DNA of 64,000 nt. It comes from Dimorphilus gyrociliatus. Taxonomy: Eukaryota > Animalia > Annelida. Numbering within the stretch: the stretch's first letter is position 1; each line of letters opens with the position of its first letter. Shown here piece after piece: positions 1 to 14,181 of this stretch. The notes under the pieces were generated by a model. It was given only the letters and a program-made list of their open reading frames with translations, was not told the origin of the DNA and made no database searches. Where the stretch lies: contig CAJFCJ010000016.1 of NCBI GenBank assembly GCA_904063045.1, positions 186,001 through 250,000 of the forward strand, given 5' to 3'. Position numbers and translations under genes: made by a program.

Positions 1-37
1 CATACACCAACAAAGAAAGTTGAATGAGCCAATTTAC

Positions 38-76
38 CTTGGGAAATTGATATTTCTTAATTATCATAAAAGTTGC
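38..76 (-). CDS. Candidate exon of a minus-strand gene that runs off the left edge of the window
   Basis: Pyrimidine-rich acceptor (ctcttcttacag|) at 77, open frame (ATF)MIIKKYQFPK, donor AAG|gtaaat at 37. Promoter-like motifs lie upstream (CCGGAAGT on the minus strand at 182-189, GTCACGTGA at 350-358). Confidence 0.4.
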
Positions 77-518
77 CTGTAAGAAGAGTATGAGAAGAAG
101 AGAATAGAAGAGTACAATTATTCTTAAATTATTATTATTATTTATTATTATTTTTAAGACTAGTTTTGTTATATAATATCCACTTCCGGCTCCTGTTTCT
201 GGTAGGAAGCTTTTCTCGTTTCACTAAAAAAACTCAGATTTTCTGAATTACGGTTCGTTTTCCTATCGCTCTCTACACGAAAAAATATATTCAGTTAATA
301 AAAAAAAACACTATATTAGCGTTTTTTAAAGCCTACCTCACCAAAGAGGGTCACGTGATTAATATATGAATTTTCAGAATTTTAATTTTCATTAATTATT
401 AATATATATATACTATTGTGTTACATATTAAGTTATATATATTTATATACTGGATACATGCCTATATCACTTATATATACTTTAGAAAGCTCTTAATAAA
501 CCGCCAAAAATTTCTGTT

Positions 519-1194
519 TCAAACATGAACTTTCTTAGATTCTAATTGGTTTGAAAGTGGTACGTTAGATTTTAAGACAAAACAGAGATCGTTGACTGAT
601 AGGACAAGTCACGTGACACACTTTGTAATTTAATATAAAAAAATTATTCGATTCTTACGGTTATTCGATAAGTTGGCTGATCCACGTTCCCTATAACAAA
701 GGCATAGAGTAACGGTTAACGCAATGCTAATTATCATAATGATAGCAAATGCGTATGATGTCATAAGCAGTGTTCTGTTGAGGGCAAAAAGTAAATAGTA
801 AGCAGGTAAGAAATAAATTAGGGTGATAAAAAAAAATAGACGATAGACGGAAATCAATTAACTCGGATGATTTCGAGTGTAAAGTCATGTCGGAGAAGAG
901 AAAGAGAGATAAAGAAATGAAGAAAGAAAGGAAGGAAAGGATATATATATATATAGAGGGAGAAAGAGAGGGAGAGAGAAATACTCACAATTTTGGATCA
1001 GTAAAGGTTGTATTTTGAGGCAACCTGAGATTCTTTTCATCACAGCAATGTTTAGCGTCTGGCTTGCCACAACAAAAGTTATCACAAAAGAAACCACCGC
1101 GACGATGAGATTTTGAATCTATATAATCATAGCAATATTCTTCCGTTGCGGTTAAAGAAGCTAAGGATGTAAAAACAACTTGACGGTAGAACAT
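519..1194 (-). CDS. Small Shisa-like single-pass membrane protein, about 132 aa, 3 exons (1194-989, 774-659, 595-519)
   Basis: Signal-like N-terminus, Shisa-type Cys pattern YCYDYID...GGFFCDNFCCG...HCC, TM helix YAFAIIMIISIALTVTLCLCY. Introns are GT-AG and phase-compatible; exons total 399 nt. Confidence 0.8.
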
Positions 1195-3689
1195 GGTTGC
1201 AAGAAGAAAACAATCTACTTTTTTAAATAACGCTCTCTAGTGGCAAAACGTTTTCTGGCCTATTAGGAAAAAAGTCTAATAAGCTTCTGATTGCGAATGA
1301 GATATCATATCGTGACTAATCGGCGGCAATTTTATACTATATGAATTCACGATAGATTGCCTTTTCAGGGAACATGAAGGGTTTGTTTAGTTCCTTAACG
1401 GCATGATAACGTAAGGATATAATTGCGATAGGGAAATACTAAAAAACTTAATGAAATATCTCGAATAACGTTCTTAACATTTTCTTAGCATTATGTTAGT
1501 CTTTAATTGAGATCATTTGATCCTTACAATACCTAAATAATCATGATTAGAAAAGATTTATTGGCTTTGCAATAGAAAGAGAAAAACTAAATGACACGCT
1601 TCACTCTATATTACGTGTAATATCAGTTTGCTCTTCGTGGAAAAAGTTATCTAGAACCCTTCTGATTGTTTCCCTTTAATATCTAGTATTATCTGTTGAC
1701 AATTCAGTCAGAAATACCTTTGAGGTTTGGAGAATATAGTCTTTTTACACTTGACTTTTATAGCTTCGTGCCAACTAGCATCAGATTCGTCTATTCTTAT
1801 TTTCTATCCTCTTTCTTTTCATTAAGAAAATTAAGGAAGAGAAAATTTATACTTGAAATTACAAGAAGAGAGAACTCAAGATATTATGTGTAGCTTTTAT
1901 ATGTTACAGTAATTTTGTTGCGGTTTTAACATTTTTATTGCATTTATAAGAATCTAATGTTTAAATAACATAACAGAATGTTAATACATAATATCCAAAG
2001 CATTGTTAAAAATCGACAATAAAATATAATCACCTAAACAAACACCTATTAGAAAACAAAGAAGAGAAAGGAAAGAAGAGTTGATCGTGTCCTCTGAAAC
2101 TCCTTTTCCTATAAATTATATTCTTTTCTTCAAGACAAAAAGAACACCAAACTATATCATACTTAATATCCAATATGTTTTTAAAAATAAAACACTAAAA
2201 CTCTTTTATATATTAATTCCACTCGTTAACATCATTAATACGAAGACTTTTTATTTTTATAACGATTATCTCACTTTATATATTTTTATTCCTTCTGTTT
2301 TTTTTGTTTTTTTTCTTTTTTGCTGATTGTAAATAGGCCTAATTGATTATTATTAATTATTATGATTATTCTTTTTTTTGTATAGTTGATTGATATTGAC
2401 AAATATATACTGTATATAGTTTAGTATATATGCTGTGTAATATTTACCAAAAGCTACTAAACTGTCCAAGTTAAAACTAATATCAAATAGTTTCGAGACC
2501 CCAAAAGAAATGTTAAAAATGGCTAAAAATGAATAAAAGAGTAAAACGTGTTAAAAAGAAACAAAAGTGATTATTATTATCTAAGGCTTTTAAAGGTAAG
2601 CGATTTAAGAAAATATGAGTTGTCTTCCCTATCCCAGCCTTATTCATTCAAGTTTAAACATGGACCACACGTAGCTAATAGTTGATATTTTATAATATTT
2701 TCTGAAAATTTGTTCAATAATCTAAAGATTACAATTACCTTTAAAGACAGATCTAACGAAAAAGAGAAAAAAACCTGATAATAATAGTTTCTTACAAGTT
2801 TCAACTGGATGGAAAAAATAAACTTTGCATCTTTTTAAGCTCCTTACGTGTTTTAACATTAATCAAACACGTGAATCAATAAAAATATAAATTATATACA
2901 ATTGGTTTGCATAACATTGCGATTCGGAGCAAATATAACATAAATATATATATATACTATATATTTATACACACTAAACATACAACGAAATACTTAGTGC
3001 AGAAAAAAGAAATTTACTATTTCTAGTAAAACATACATGTATAGATAACTCATTGATGTATCAGGACTGGAAACTGCTCAAAAATGATATGAAATAGCCT
3101 GTTTTATAGCTGTTTTAAGTTAATATATACTTAGATGATTATCTAAACTATAACATAATTTTCAAAACGTTAATATCAATTACTTTTAGGTTAAAAGCAG
3201 AAAAATCGCAAATTATTAAAAATGAAATTGTTTAGAGTACGTTTATTACTTTTATTATAAGGAAAGAAAATGTTAAATGTTTCCTATTAACAAAACGCAG
3301 ACGTGTTATCTTATCTTTAACATTTCTAAGCTAAATTTTCTAAGTAAAAACATTCGGTTTCGTTAAATTCCTATACTATATATATGATATAATAATCAAA
3401 CTATATCTTTAAATTCGCAATATTTAACGAGAAAATTAATTAATAGGTAAAAAGTATCTAATAATAATGTTAACAATTAATTATTAGTCGTTAAAATAAA
3501 CTAGACCCACCCCTGCCATATTGAAAAAAATGAGATATGTCAAATTTTTGTTATTGTTTTTGCTATCACCATTAGTTACCTATAATATTAACTTTAAACA
3601 GCATCTTTTCAGGTAAAATTGATCAAATAATGATATTTTTACGGAGACAGGTTTGTCGGCACAAAATAAACTCTTATTATTTTAATCTT

Positions 3690-6600
3690 TTAAGTGAAGA
3701 CTACATCACTCTCAGTTGTAGGTTTAGAACCATTCTTTAAGAAGGTTTCATCTTCCATTGGTGGTTTATCTATCTCATCAGCCGTGTCGTCAATCCATTC
3801 TTCGACCTTTTTAATTATTGCAAAAGGAAAAGAAAAGGTAGAGGTTATTTAATTGATTGAAGATGCATCGACATATGTAAAATACATTTACACAGACTAT
3901 TAATTGCCAATATAGATATTTAACTAATCTCAAGTTGAATAATTAAAAGAATATAGGGAAAACTGACCTCTAGCATATCCCCTGGAGCAAATTGGGCTGC
4001 AATTTCCTCAAAAGTTTTATTTTTAGTTTCCGGAACCCGGAAGTACACAAATATAGTGAAGAAAACCATGAGAACGAGAAATATAATGAATGTAAATTCT
4101 TCCAACGCCTCCTGAATACTTACAAAAGACATTGCTATTACAAACGTAAACAACCAATTTGTAAATCCAGCCAAACTAAGAGCCATGGGTCTAGGTCCTT
4201 GTCTAAATAACTCGGCTCCAATCATCATAGGTATGGGCCCGAGGCCGACCGAGAAGCAGATTACGTAACTTACAACGGACATAGCAGATATATATTTAAG
4301 CCAGGATGCTTGAGGTGTTAAGTTAAGCGATACGCAGAGAATCGTTAGTATTAATATCATTCCCAACATTGGATATAGTAGTAATTTTCTACGTCCAGCT
4401 TTATCCATAATCGGCACCTAATATATTTATTTACCTTCTTTTAATAAATTATATAAATATTTAGATAATCATGCTATAACAATCTAAACAGGAAGATGGA
4501 TAATTATAAAGCAGTAATATTGATTGTTTATATCTCTTTTAACAATTTTCTGTTAATAAGCTATTTTTCATATATAATAAGTAATAATAATAAATTGTTA
4601 CATTGCACTCTAACTGATACTATCAGGGAATTTTTAATACTTAAAATAGAATCCCTTTGTTTTAATTCTCTCTTTTTATGATTAATGACGCCATCTGTTG
4701 GTCTAATAAAAATACAATAATACTAATGTTACTTACAGCAATTATTGTCATGGCAACATTAACTGCATTGGTTGCTAAAACGGCATATTGGATTGCGGAA
4801 TCCGTTAATCCGCAATTTTTATAGATATTACTCGAATAGAATATTACCTATGAACAACAGAAGAAAAAAGATACATTTAGTATTATAAAGATATACTGTA
4901 TAAACTATTGGTATGGTCCTTACAGCATTTATTCCGCTTAGCTGTTGTATAACTTGCAATGCTAACGTAATAAAGAGTGGCATTCGTAGATTTTTTGAAG
5001 ATATTAGTTTAGACATAGTAAACTTTTCTTCAGATTTATCCTCGGGAGATTCCGTTTCCATTTCCTCCATATCATCATGAATATCTTCCGTTTGGCGAAG
5101 GAAGAAAAGAGCTTGAAAAAATAATGAATTGAGTTAATGGGATAAATTAATTAGATTATTGCTTTGAAGAAAAATTTTTCTTTTACCTTTTTCCGCCTCC
5201 TTCCTATCACCCTTTTTTAATAGGAGATATCTAGGACTATCGGGTAGAATAAAGAAAAAACCCAATAGACAAACCACGGCCGGTACGATGTTCATAAAGA
5301 CAGCATACTGCCAAAGTGAATCCGTTCCAAATACTTCTCTTAATGAGAATACAGCTCCAAAGAAAATTCCAATAGTTATGAATAATTGATGACCAGTTCC
5401 AAAAGCTCCTCTTAAATTGAACGGCGTAATTTCGGTGATGTACATTGGAGCTAATTGGGTAGCCATACCACAATTTATTCCAGTAATGAAACGACCTATC
5501 ATAAATATTTCCGGAGAATTCAACCAGCATGCAATCAATGCGAAAGCAGCACCAAAAAAGGCAGGAATCTCACACAGCATAATAGCTTTTCTCCTTAAAA
5601 AATTTCAAAACACTTATTATACTCTCTGTTCATACGTATACAGTATATAATATACGGTTATACCTTCCTAATCTGTCGGCAATGAAGCCAGAAGAAAACG
5701 CCCCAATCATTCCACCAGGAATAAAAATTGCAGTAGTTAATTGCCATAAGATTGTTAAAAAATTATCTGATACACAATTGTTATTTAAAGTGGGCGATTG
5801 CGTCTGATAGGCTACACTTGAATCGGAGACATTTTCCACAATGATTTTCTGATTTGAGCAATTAGCCCTTTCAGAATAAACTTTGGTATAAAAGTTTGAG
5901 ATAGGCTAAATGGAGAAAGAAAAGAAAACAAGAGAAATATTTATAAAATATAATAGAAACTATAATTGTAATTTACGTCTTTTAACAGATTCAAAACTCC
6001 GAGATTATATCCAAATATGAAAGAACAACCAAACATTACAATAAAGTTGCCAAATATGAGATTTCTAGTAGCCTTTCTCTTTAATGTTATCTTTAAATCT
6101 TCGTGATATTGAGCTCTATCAATGGTACGGACAGATTTTAAACTTTTCGACGACATTTGAGATGCCTGCGACCGGTGACGATTTCTACCCGACATATTGG
6201 ACAAAGGTATTCCATCTTCGGAGGAATGTCTAGAAAATCTCCTCTCTCTCGGCTAATAGGAAGAAACGTAAAGTTCAGTTAATAGGGAACTTCAAATAAG
6301 ATTTAATTATATAAAGTCAATTAATAAGAATAGAAAGTGGTCACAGATTGGATAAAAAAATGTAGTTTTAAGATACGTTTACATATAAAAGCTATGATAT
6401 TGTATTTGTGAATTACGATTAATAGTATTTAATATAGTAATATATCTATAAGATACCATTTTTCAGAATATACTCAATTCTATTAGCTTATTATTCTATC
6501 TCTTCCTCTTTAAATATATTTATAAATTCGGGTCTTAGTATTTTAATAATCTGGTTACCCTTTATTCACACAAACAAATCACAAATATTAGTATCAATTC

Positions 6601-8047
6601 CTTAAAAGGAACCAGATTATTTCACTTACATTATAGATTCTTGTCTATAAGAGAGAAAAATATGTATAGTAAATATGTTTATGTTATAATAATCTATTTT
6701 TAACATGATCCCATATCCTTGCCTATTCACACCCAAACTCCACACCCTAATATCTACCCTTTTCTATAGCAAAAATATTTAGGGCGAAGTGAATGGGATC
6801 ATGAGTAATATCACAACATCATTCTGAAATAGTACTATTAACTACAATGTACGTCTTATATTATGAATCTATTTAAAGTGTCAAGAGTATATCTTATAGA
6901 AACAAGTGTAGATTTTTCCAATGAAATCAGAAAGAGTTCATGTCAATATTTAAAAAACAATATTGAAAGAAAGAGTAAAGAAGTTTGATAGATAAACAGA
7001 TTGAAAGATAAAGAAAAGCATAGGAACACAGAGCATATATATCATTCATCTTTTTTAAATACTTTGCACAGTGTATTAGATAAATATAACTTGATTTCTT
7101 TCATCTTATTTTTTATATCCGGTTGCGCATTTTTTAAATGGGAGGAGCAAATAATGAATGAAAGGATAGAGAAGAGAAGAAAAAAGACAGTAATAGATAA
7201 TAGATCGACCAAGGAGAAATGAAAGAGAGGTAGACTATAATTGACTAAATAGTTTTACTATAACAAGGATTGTACAACTTTATACATGGATAAATAATTA
7301 TCCAGATGTCTTTTTAACAGCTGCATTTTTTTTTAAATAAAAAAGAAATATCTCTTATAGGAGCGGTCATACCATATTTATATATAAATAACTATATATA
7401 TATATATATATATATTTATCATCGTCGAAGTCTATTACGTGTTTATATTTCTTCTGTTGCCGTTCTAATTTATGACTTTGTACTTGTAAAAATGTATTCG
7501 TTATTTATTACGTCATTGGAAAAATCCAAAGTCAAACTATTTTAGCTATACAAACGTAGGATAGTTATATTTTTATCAATGAATTTTGAAGAGAATAGTG
7601 TAAAAACAGTTAGTTTTTGAGTAGATTCAAGAATTCTAAAGCTCGTATTTAATCAAAGAAAAAGTTAATTAAATAAAGGACATTGTTTCTTGTATATTTT
7701 CCACATGTTGCGGTACTAACAAAATTCAGCATGTTTTATCTAAAAATCAATACCCTTTTCAATAAAATTAAAGGCCTGTTGCCATAATTAATGTGAATTC
7801 TTCCTATTTTATCAAGGTCATGACCTTAGATCATTGATACGTTATAACATCGTTATCAATACCGGACGTAAAGATCTCTACAACTAAAGTACTGACAATT
7901 TCGATGAAAATCGATTTGTCTATCCCTGTAGTAGATAGGATATACGCAGAACGCTACTAAACAAGTATGGACGCCATAATGCTTTGGCAACGAATAAGAA
8001 TTAAATTGCTAATAATTCACCTTTGGTTCACTGTTTTCCTCCGACAT
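3690..8047 (-). CDS. Facilitative hexose transporter, SLC2A/GLUT class I-like (MFS sugar porter)
   Basis: Motifs DRLGR, PDSPRYL, QQLSGINAV, AGRR, GLGPIP, PETK and 12-TM hydrophobic segments across ORFs 3920-6204. Last exon is 3806-3690. The putative first exon MSEENSEPK (8047-8021) is phase-compatible with the acceptor at 6253 but is less certain. Confidence 0.95.
7814..7827. promoter_or_regulatory. Perfect AGGTCA/TGACCT inverted repeat (IR0 nuclear-receptor element) in the putative GLUT intron 1
   Basis: AAGGTCATGACCTT is a perfect 14-bp palindrome of two AGGTCA half-sites. Function is inferred only. Confidence 0.4.
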
Positions 8048-10490
8048 AATTTCTTTAAGATGATCAAGTTGATTTCAACTATTCGTGGTAACAATTGAGG
8101 TCAAATGTTGTTTAAAACGTGTAGAATCCCGGATTTTTGTGAGTGAAAGAGGCCTGTCTTCTTTCTAAATTCTGATTGGTCAGAAAAATTCTATAGTCGT
8201 AAGCTGATTCTTTTACGCACAGACGCTTTAAATGAGGATTTACTTCCCAAGCCTTAGTCATACGTCTAAAAACACTAATATTTTTATTTATTACTCTAAA
8301 AATATTTGTATAATATAACCTTTAACTTTAAATTCAGATGACCGTCAATATATATATACAGTATATATATATATATATATAATGTATGTACTGTATAACA
8401 GCAGCAAATTCTATTGCGATGTATAGAGATTATATAACCCTATAATTCTTCTATAAAGATATATAATTTAAAAGTTATTATGACCTGTATCTTTTTTGTA
8501 CAAGATATAATTCATATTCTAAATATAAAATAGCATATATTCAATCTATTTATATAGAAATAGCTATATTTATAGAGAGATTTTTTTATCATAATTTAAC
8601 TTCATATTGTTATTTATCATACAAATAAATAAACACTAAAAAACAAAACATTTACCTTAAAACGACAAAACGCGGAAGAGAATTGGTAGAGGGTGTAATA
8701 AAAAATATTAATGATGTTCTATAAAATATTCAACTATAGCTCTATTTTCGATAATAATATTTCACGCTTCTATGAGCAAATAGGTATATATACTATATAT
8801 ATACAAAAGCCTCTCTTTCGATATATGCGCGTACGTTATGGTGCACATACGTTTGTAAAATCATTTGTTAATATCTCGACCAACAAAAATGTGTCTTCAC
8901 TGCAAAAAAAGCTGTTTGTTTGTATATTTACGTCGTAATCTTTTCATTTAAAAACGTAAAATTATGCTGAATACAAGTTCTTAAGTTCAGATTTTATTTA
9001 TTATTACATTAAAGGGATTAAGAGTATATTATTTCATTTCTTTTTTGTGAGCATTTTGTTGTATTGAACGACTTAGAGGATTTGTTCTCGAAAGATTGAA
9101 AAATAACTCAAGTATTGAACTTGAAAAAAGATATATTTATGTACTTAAACTTATATCAATAAGATAAGATAAGAACAACAACGGGAATTTACTTTCATTA
9201 CTTTTGTTTCTTTTTTTAAATTTTCGCTTGCAAGCATCTCAATTTTATTAATTTCACCTTTTTTTAAAATAATATTTTGTTTGTCACCATATTTCCAACA
9301 ATTTTTTTCTACAAAGTTTGTAGATAACATAACAACTCAGTGTAGATTTTTCACTTTTTCCTTACTTCCTGTAAAATTTTATAATATCTTAATATCTTTA
9401 TCGACTAGTCTCTATAAGATCTTCTCTAGTGAGGTTCGCTAGAAAATTTTCGTGAAAGCACCATTAGCGTACAAATATATCTTGATGGAAGATAATCAAA
9501 AATTTGCAGTTCGTATCACATGTTTTGATAAGGCTCTATCAATTAGTTAGTCGTTTTGTTGATAAAATTTCTGCATGATTTTTCGATGGCTGAGTTCCTT
9601 TATCCGTGAGGGTTTTACTTTCAGTTTATAAATGCAGTTTTGGTTGTTTCGCCAGCTGTCTCCTTTCCAGCTTGCACAATTAAGGTAAAATAGACATAGA
9701 TACACTAAAACGAAGAAATTTTGGTAAAGCAATACCAGTCACCAAAAATTCTATACAACTACACCAATTATCATCTTACACGCATGAAATGATACAATTA
9801 CACGGATAATATATAAGCAAAAAGAAAAACAATGCTTTTTTTCCGTATGCCCCAAATATATGGAATGTTTAGAAAAAAAAAACAAGAGGAACAGAGAGAA
9901 AGAGAAAAAAGTGTATATATGTATGTATGTATTTATGTGTGTGTGTGGGGGGGGGGTCTATGTGTATGACAGAGAGAAATTGAGAGGGAAAGAATAGGAA
10001 AGAGTTTACTGAACAAATACAATACAGTCAGATATTTAAGGCAGGGTGAGTGAGTATACAACAATAAAAAAAAATAAAGAGGATTCTTTTTTGGTAACAA
10101 CTGCGTAATAAATTATCATAAACATTTCCATAGCTTTGCGATTTTTACTCTCGTTAGTAATTTTCTTTCTTAGGCATACTAAATTTTAACTTTTTCCTAC
10201 TTTTATGGCATTATACTAACTTTCAAAATGAATTTTTCTCCTTTTAGATAACGTTGCAAATGCCAATCGTAGTTCCAAAAAAAAAAACATAAAATAAAAT
10301 AATGAAAGAAAGAGAACCAAACAGAAAATCAAAATTTCCAGAGTTGAACCATTACAAGCCAATTATTAATGTGAGATAACGCTACTACACCTAGTCTACA
10401 GTTAAAATAGTTTTAAAAATATACCATTTCTCTATAACTATACGTATATCTTGATATTTCGATATGGATAGCATACTTCTTCTAATAACC

Positions 10491-12198
10491 TCATACACAC
10501 ATCTTCTGATCTGATAACAGCAAATGAAGGTATGCAGTTTCCGCATCGGCCATTGGATCGACGATGGACGGATGTAATTCGTAGTCCTGCAATGGGCTCC
10601 AGTCTGTTTTCAGAGTATAGCTAATCTCTGAATTAAAATTTTCATCATATGGTTTCATATCAAAAACATTATTATCCATTGCTTCCCCTGTAATACCGAT
10701 GCAACATTGTGGAACCAAAAGGGACTTCAACGTTTTCCTTCTTAATCTTGAAATTCCTATGATATATTCATCCAAGATTAAATAGCCTATAATTGTTAGA
10801 CGTCTGAAAATAGGAAAAGAACTTGAAAGATCTTATGAAAATAAAAAAGATGGTAAATGAATAACCTTAAATTCGTGCATAGATAAGCCAACATTATCAA
10901 TGGATCGGGCACGCCGTATTGAGGCTCACTGTAAATTCTTGGCGTTTCATCTATTCCATCAATTATATCCAAATACTTTAGAGTATTGGAATGGCTTCCA
11001 AGGTAGTTTAAAAGTGATGATGTCAAATAGCCATTGAAAAGTAGGCGTAGTGTAACGAGTGGTACAAACGATGGTATAATATCTTTCAATCTAGAAGCAG
11101 CATTTTCCGAATGCAAGACTGAACAATTTACTTGTAAATTTTTGCATTTGGAGATTAAAACTCTCCAAGATTCCTTCGAAATAATTCTTTTATCAAAATC
11201 GATATTATGAACATGAAGATTCAATTGTTTCAAAGTTACTGGATTTGAACTTAAGGATTTGAGAATTTCATTTGACAATTGGTCGTAATCTACGCTTAAA
11301 ATCTGCAGCATTTTGAAAGTGCATAGACCGTTTAACGGTTGACCAACGTTCGATATTTGTGGATTTTCTCGAACGCTGGCAACATGCAGTGAATGAAGGG
11401 TATTGGCATGATGCTGGCCTAAACTATAGACAATTTCGGCGCTCTTTTCACAAAATTCTGTTATACAACCGAGGGATAAATGTTGAAGTTTCCTTGTATT
11501 CAATGTAATTTCCATTAAACGCTCAATAAGCCTGGAGAAGAATATATTGAGTTGTAAAAATCAATAATTAAGCTTTCATTTGTTAATTTCTTGGAAAAGT
11601 TACATTTATATTTGCGATAAAATTGGTTTTTTTCTCCTAATATCTAATTATACGCAATTTCTTTATTAAACTTACTGATTTATAACTTGATATTGTGTAG
11701 GAGGCAGGGATATATGGCAGCTGGTTGGTTTGAACGTCAGACATCTTAAGTTAGTACTTCGACTTGTTATTTCTAAAATTTTTAAAGTGCACAAAACAGC
11801 TGCAAAATTCTGAGCTTCGAAATCAATTGTAATTCGACCAAGATAACGACCAATCAGCTGTGCAGTTTGTCTTGATTTTTTCATGCGACCAGTTTTTACA
11901 ATTAAAGTTCGATTGCTCCACAAGTCTTTGTGAAATAGGCAGCTTCTCCATTGCTTGCATACTGTCGACGCCTTCAATCGATCCTTACTGTTTATGAAAA
12001 AAATAGAGGATATTTTACTGCGTATTATCGCTCACATTTTTTGTTGCCATTGCATTGTATCGTTATTGTTGATTAGATATAATTGTAATATTTGTTTTGT
12101 TATTTAATCATAAATAAATCACCCTACCTGCCAAGGTTCTTCAATATTTCGAGAATTGTAACAGTTGGTAAATCTGCCCATTTCACCAACTCCGCCAT
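10491..12198 (-). CDS. FBXO33: F-box protein with LRR-like C-terminal region, FBXO33-like
   Basis: Exon 12198-12128 (MAELVKWADLPTVTILEILKNLG) splices to SKDRLKASTVCKQWR, giving an F-box. The C-terminal DPLIMLAYLCTNL...IIGISRLR resembles FBXO33. The F-box call is firm; the orthology is less so. Confidence 0.7.
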
Positions 12199-12616
12199 AT
12201 TCCATTCTGCTTACGTCACTTTCGTAATGAAAATAAACAGAACAAATTTTTATAGTTTCCGTCTAATTTACCAACAATGTCTTTTTATGCAATAATAAAT
12301 TTGAAAAAAAAATAATATTGCATCCTCTGCAACAATTTAAAAGCATAAAAATCGTATTTTTATTAACATACTCTTTATTAACAGGATAGAATGTTTTACA
12401 CATATCCTCTCTAATATTTCAAAACATTTCAAAATATTGAAATGTTTTAATATAGTAACAAAGTTTACAATTAAATCATCGGCATTGGTCTTAACGATTT
12501 CTTTGAACGCTTTTCATCAAATGTACCTTTACATTTATCAAAAAACAAATGAGACATTAAAGCATAATTCTCCTTAAAAAACGATGCAAATAAATGTATA
12601 GTTATAAATTCATGAT

Positions 12617-13187
12617 TTATAAAAGTTTCAAATGTCCAGTAACCAAATCAATAGTTTGACTATTTCCAGGACCAATACAGCATACAGTTTTTGACCCAGC
12701 AGCAATTTGTGTTCTCCCTGAGTCATGGACAACATTAGTTAAAAGTCTCTTCTCTAATGCCTTATTGACAATTTCATCAAGCCCATCCTCGTCGTCAACC
12801 TTTACAACAACCTTCATCTGTCCATACTTTTCGTACTTTTCCAATATTTTTGGAATATATTTACTTGCACGTCTCATCATCATTGCAACTGAATGTCCGC
12901 ATTGGGCGGCAATCTTTCCTTTACCCATTTTCAAGTCCATTCTAACAACGATAACACATTTTAGATCGGACGAAACGGTATCGCAATATTTAGATATCTC
13001 GTCTTCAGTTGACTTTTCCTGACACAATTTTTCAAATATATTTTGATTTTTTTCTATAACATAAATAACTTACTGGTTGTTTTCTTTTTGAACTGGTGAA
13101 GTAGGATATGCACAATCCTACACCAATACCAAAAGTTGTTCCCAAACAAAATACAGCCCTGGTATCCAAAGTAGACAAATCCAACAT
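12617..13187 (-). CDS. PTRH2: Peptidyl-tRNA hydrolase 2, mitochondrial type
   Basis: N-terminal TM exon (13187-13074), 55-nt intron, then PTH2 motifs KMGKGKIAAQCGH, KVVVKV, DSGRTQI, IGPG. Confidence 0.95.
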
Positions 13188-14181
13188 TTTTCTTTCAACC
13201 TATTGACCAATAAAGCTAAAAAAAAATTAACAATTTGTGGCGTTATCTATCAATAGATTGGTTGGGGTATCTAAACACGTGTTATAAAGCGAGGCTGAAT
13301 GAAAACTGGTAAAAATTTCACTCTTTTGCTTAAGGGAACGAGTTGACAATATCCATTAGGCTTAGGTGAAAGTTTTTAAAGGTGTTTGTTAACTTTTAAA
13401 TTGAGTAGCTGTAGTTAAGAGTTCAATTAGAGTATGAAAATTGGTCATAACGAATTTTTATAAAATTTTACAAGTAACTCAACAGAATCCTTCAAGAATT
13501 TACTTCCTTTTAGGTAAATAAGTTTTTTGTTATTGACGTTTTTTTTTGTAAATAGTCGCCTCAGTTAGCATACGGATACTATTGTATCATTCCTATTTTT
13601 TTTATATCACTCTCTAAATGAAATAAATGATGGCTTCTATATTTTAAAAAGCAATATAAAAACCTTTGCAAGCATCAATTTCTTTCGTCAAACAATATAT
13701 TTATCAAAAATTACTACTTTACCATACACATAATTTTGTTTTGTTAATTCTATCTGTTATTTAGAGGCACCAATGACTGCTTAGCAGACCCTTGAAGAAT
13801 GTTCGAAACAAACTATAGTTTTGAAATCACATCGAATTTCTAATACGGATAAATTATAAAATATTATCTTCTTGAACAAACACTTTAAAGTTACCTTTTT
13901 ATATTATTACAAGCTATTAAATTAAATTATGATATAAAGCATTTAGACAGAGAGTAACATAAATAATATATTTTGTATGGAAGTTATTTTTATTAACCGA
14001 TGAAGATATTAACCAATTTACTTGTACGTTTAAAATAAATAATTTAACTAATTGATAAATTAAATGAAATTGTTAGTCTACAAAACTAACTACTAGAAAA
14101 TATGAAAATACTAAATATTCTTCTAATATCGCCCTTATGTTTTCTTTTTCAGGTAGGCAGCCATCTGATATATAGTTTGAT

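Noticed and set aside
1696-2326. ORFs 1696-1893 and 2081-2326
   Set aside because: They have non-ATG starts and F/I/L/K-biased AT-rich composition, with no motifs or splice support.
13054-13073. Apparent 20-nt intron in PTRH2 (gtaagt...tatag)
   Set aside because: It is out of frame. The 55-nt intron ending at 13019 keeps the frame and fits local intron sizes.
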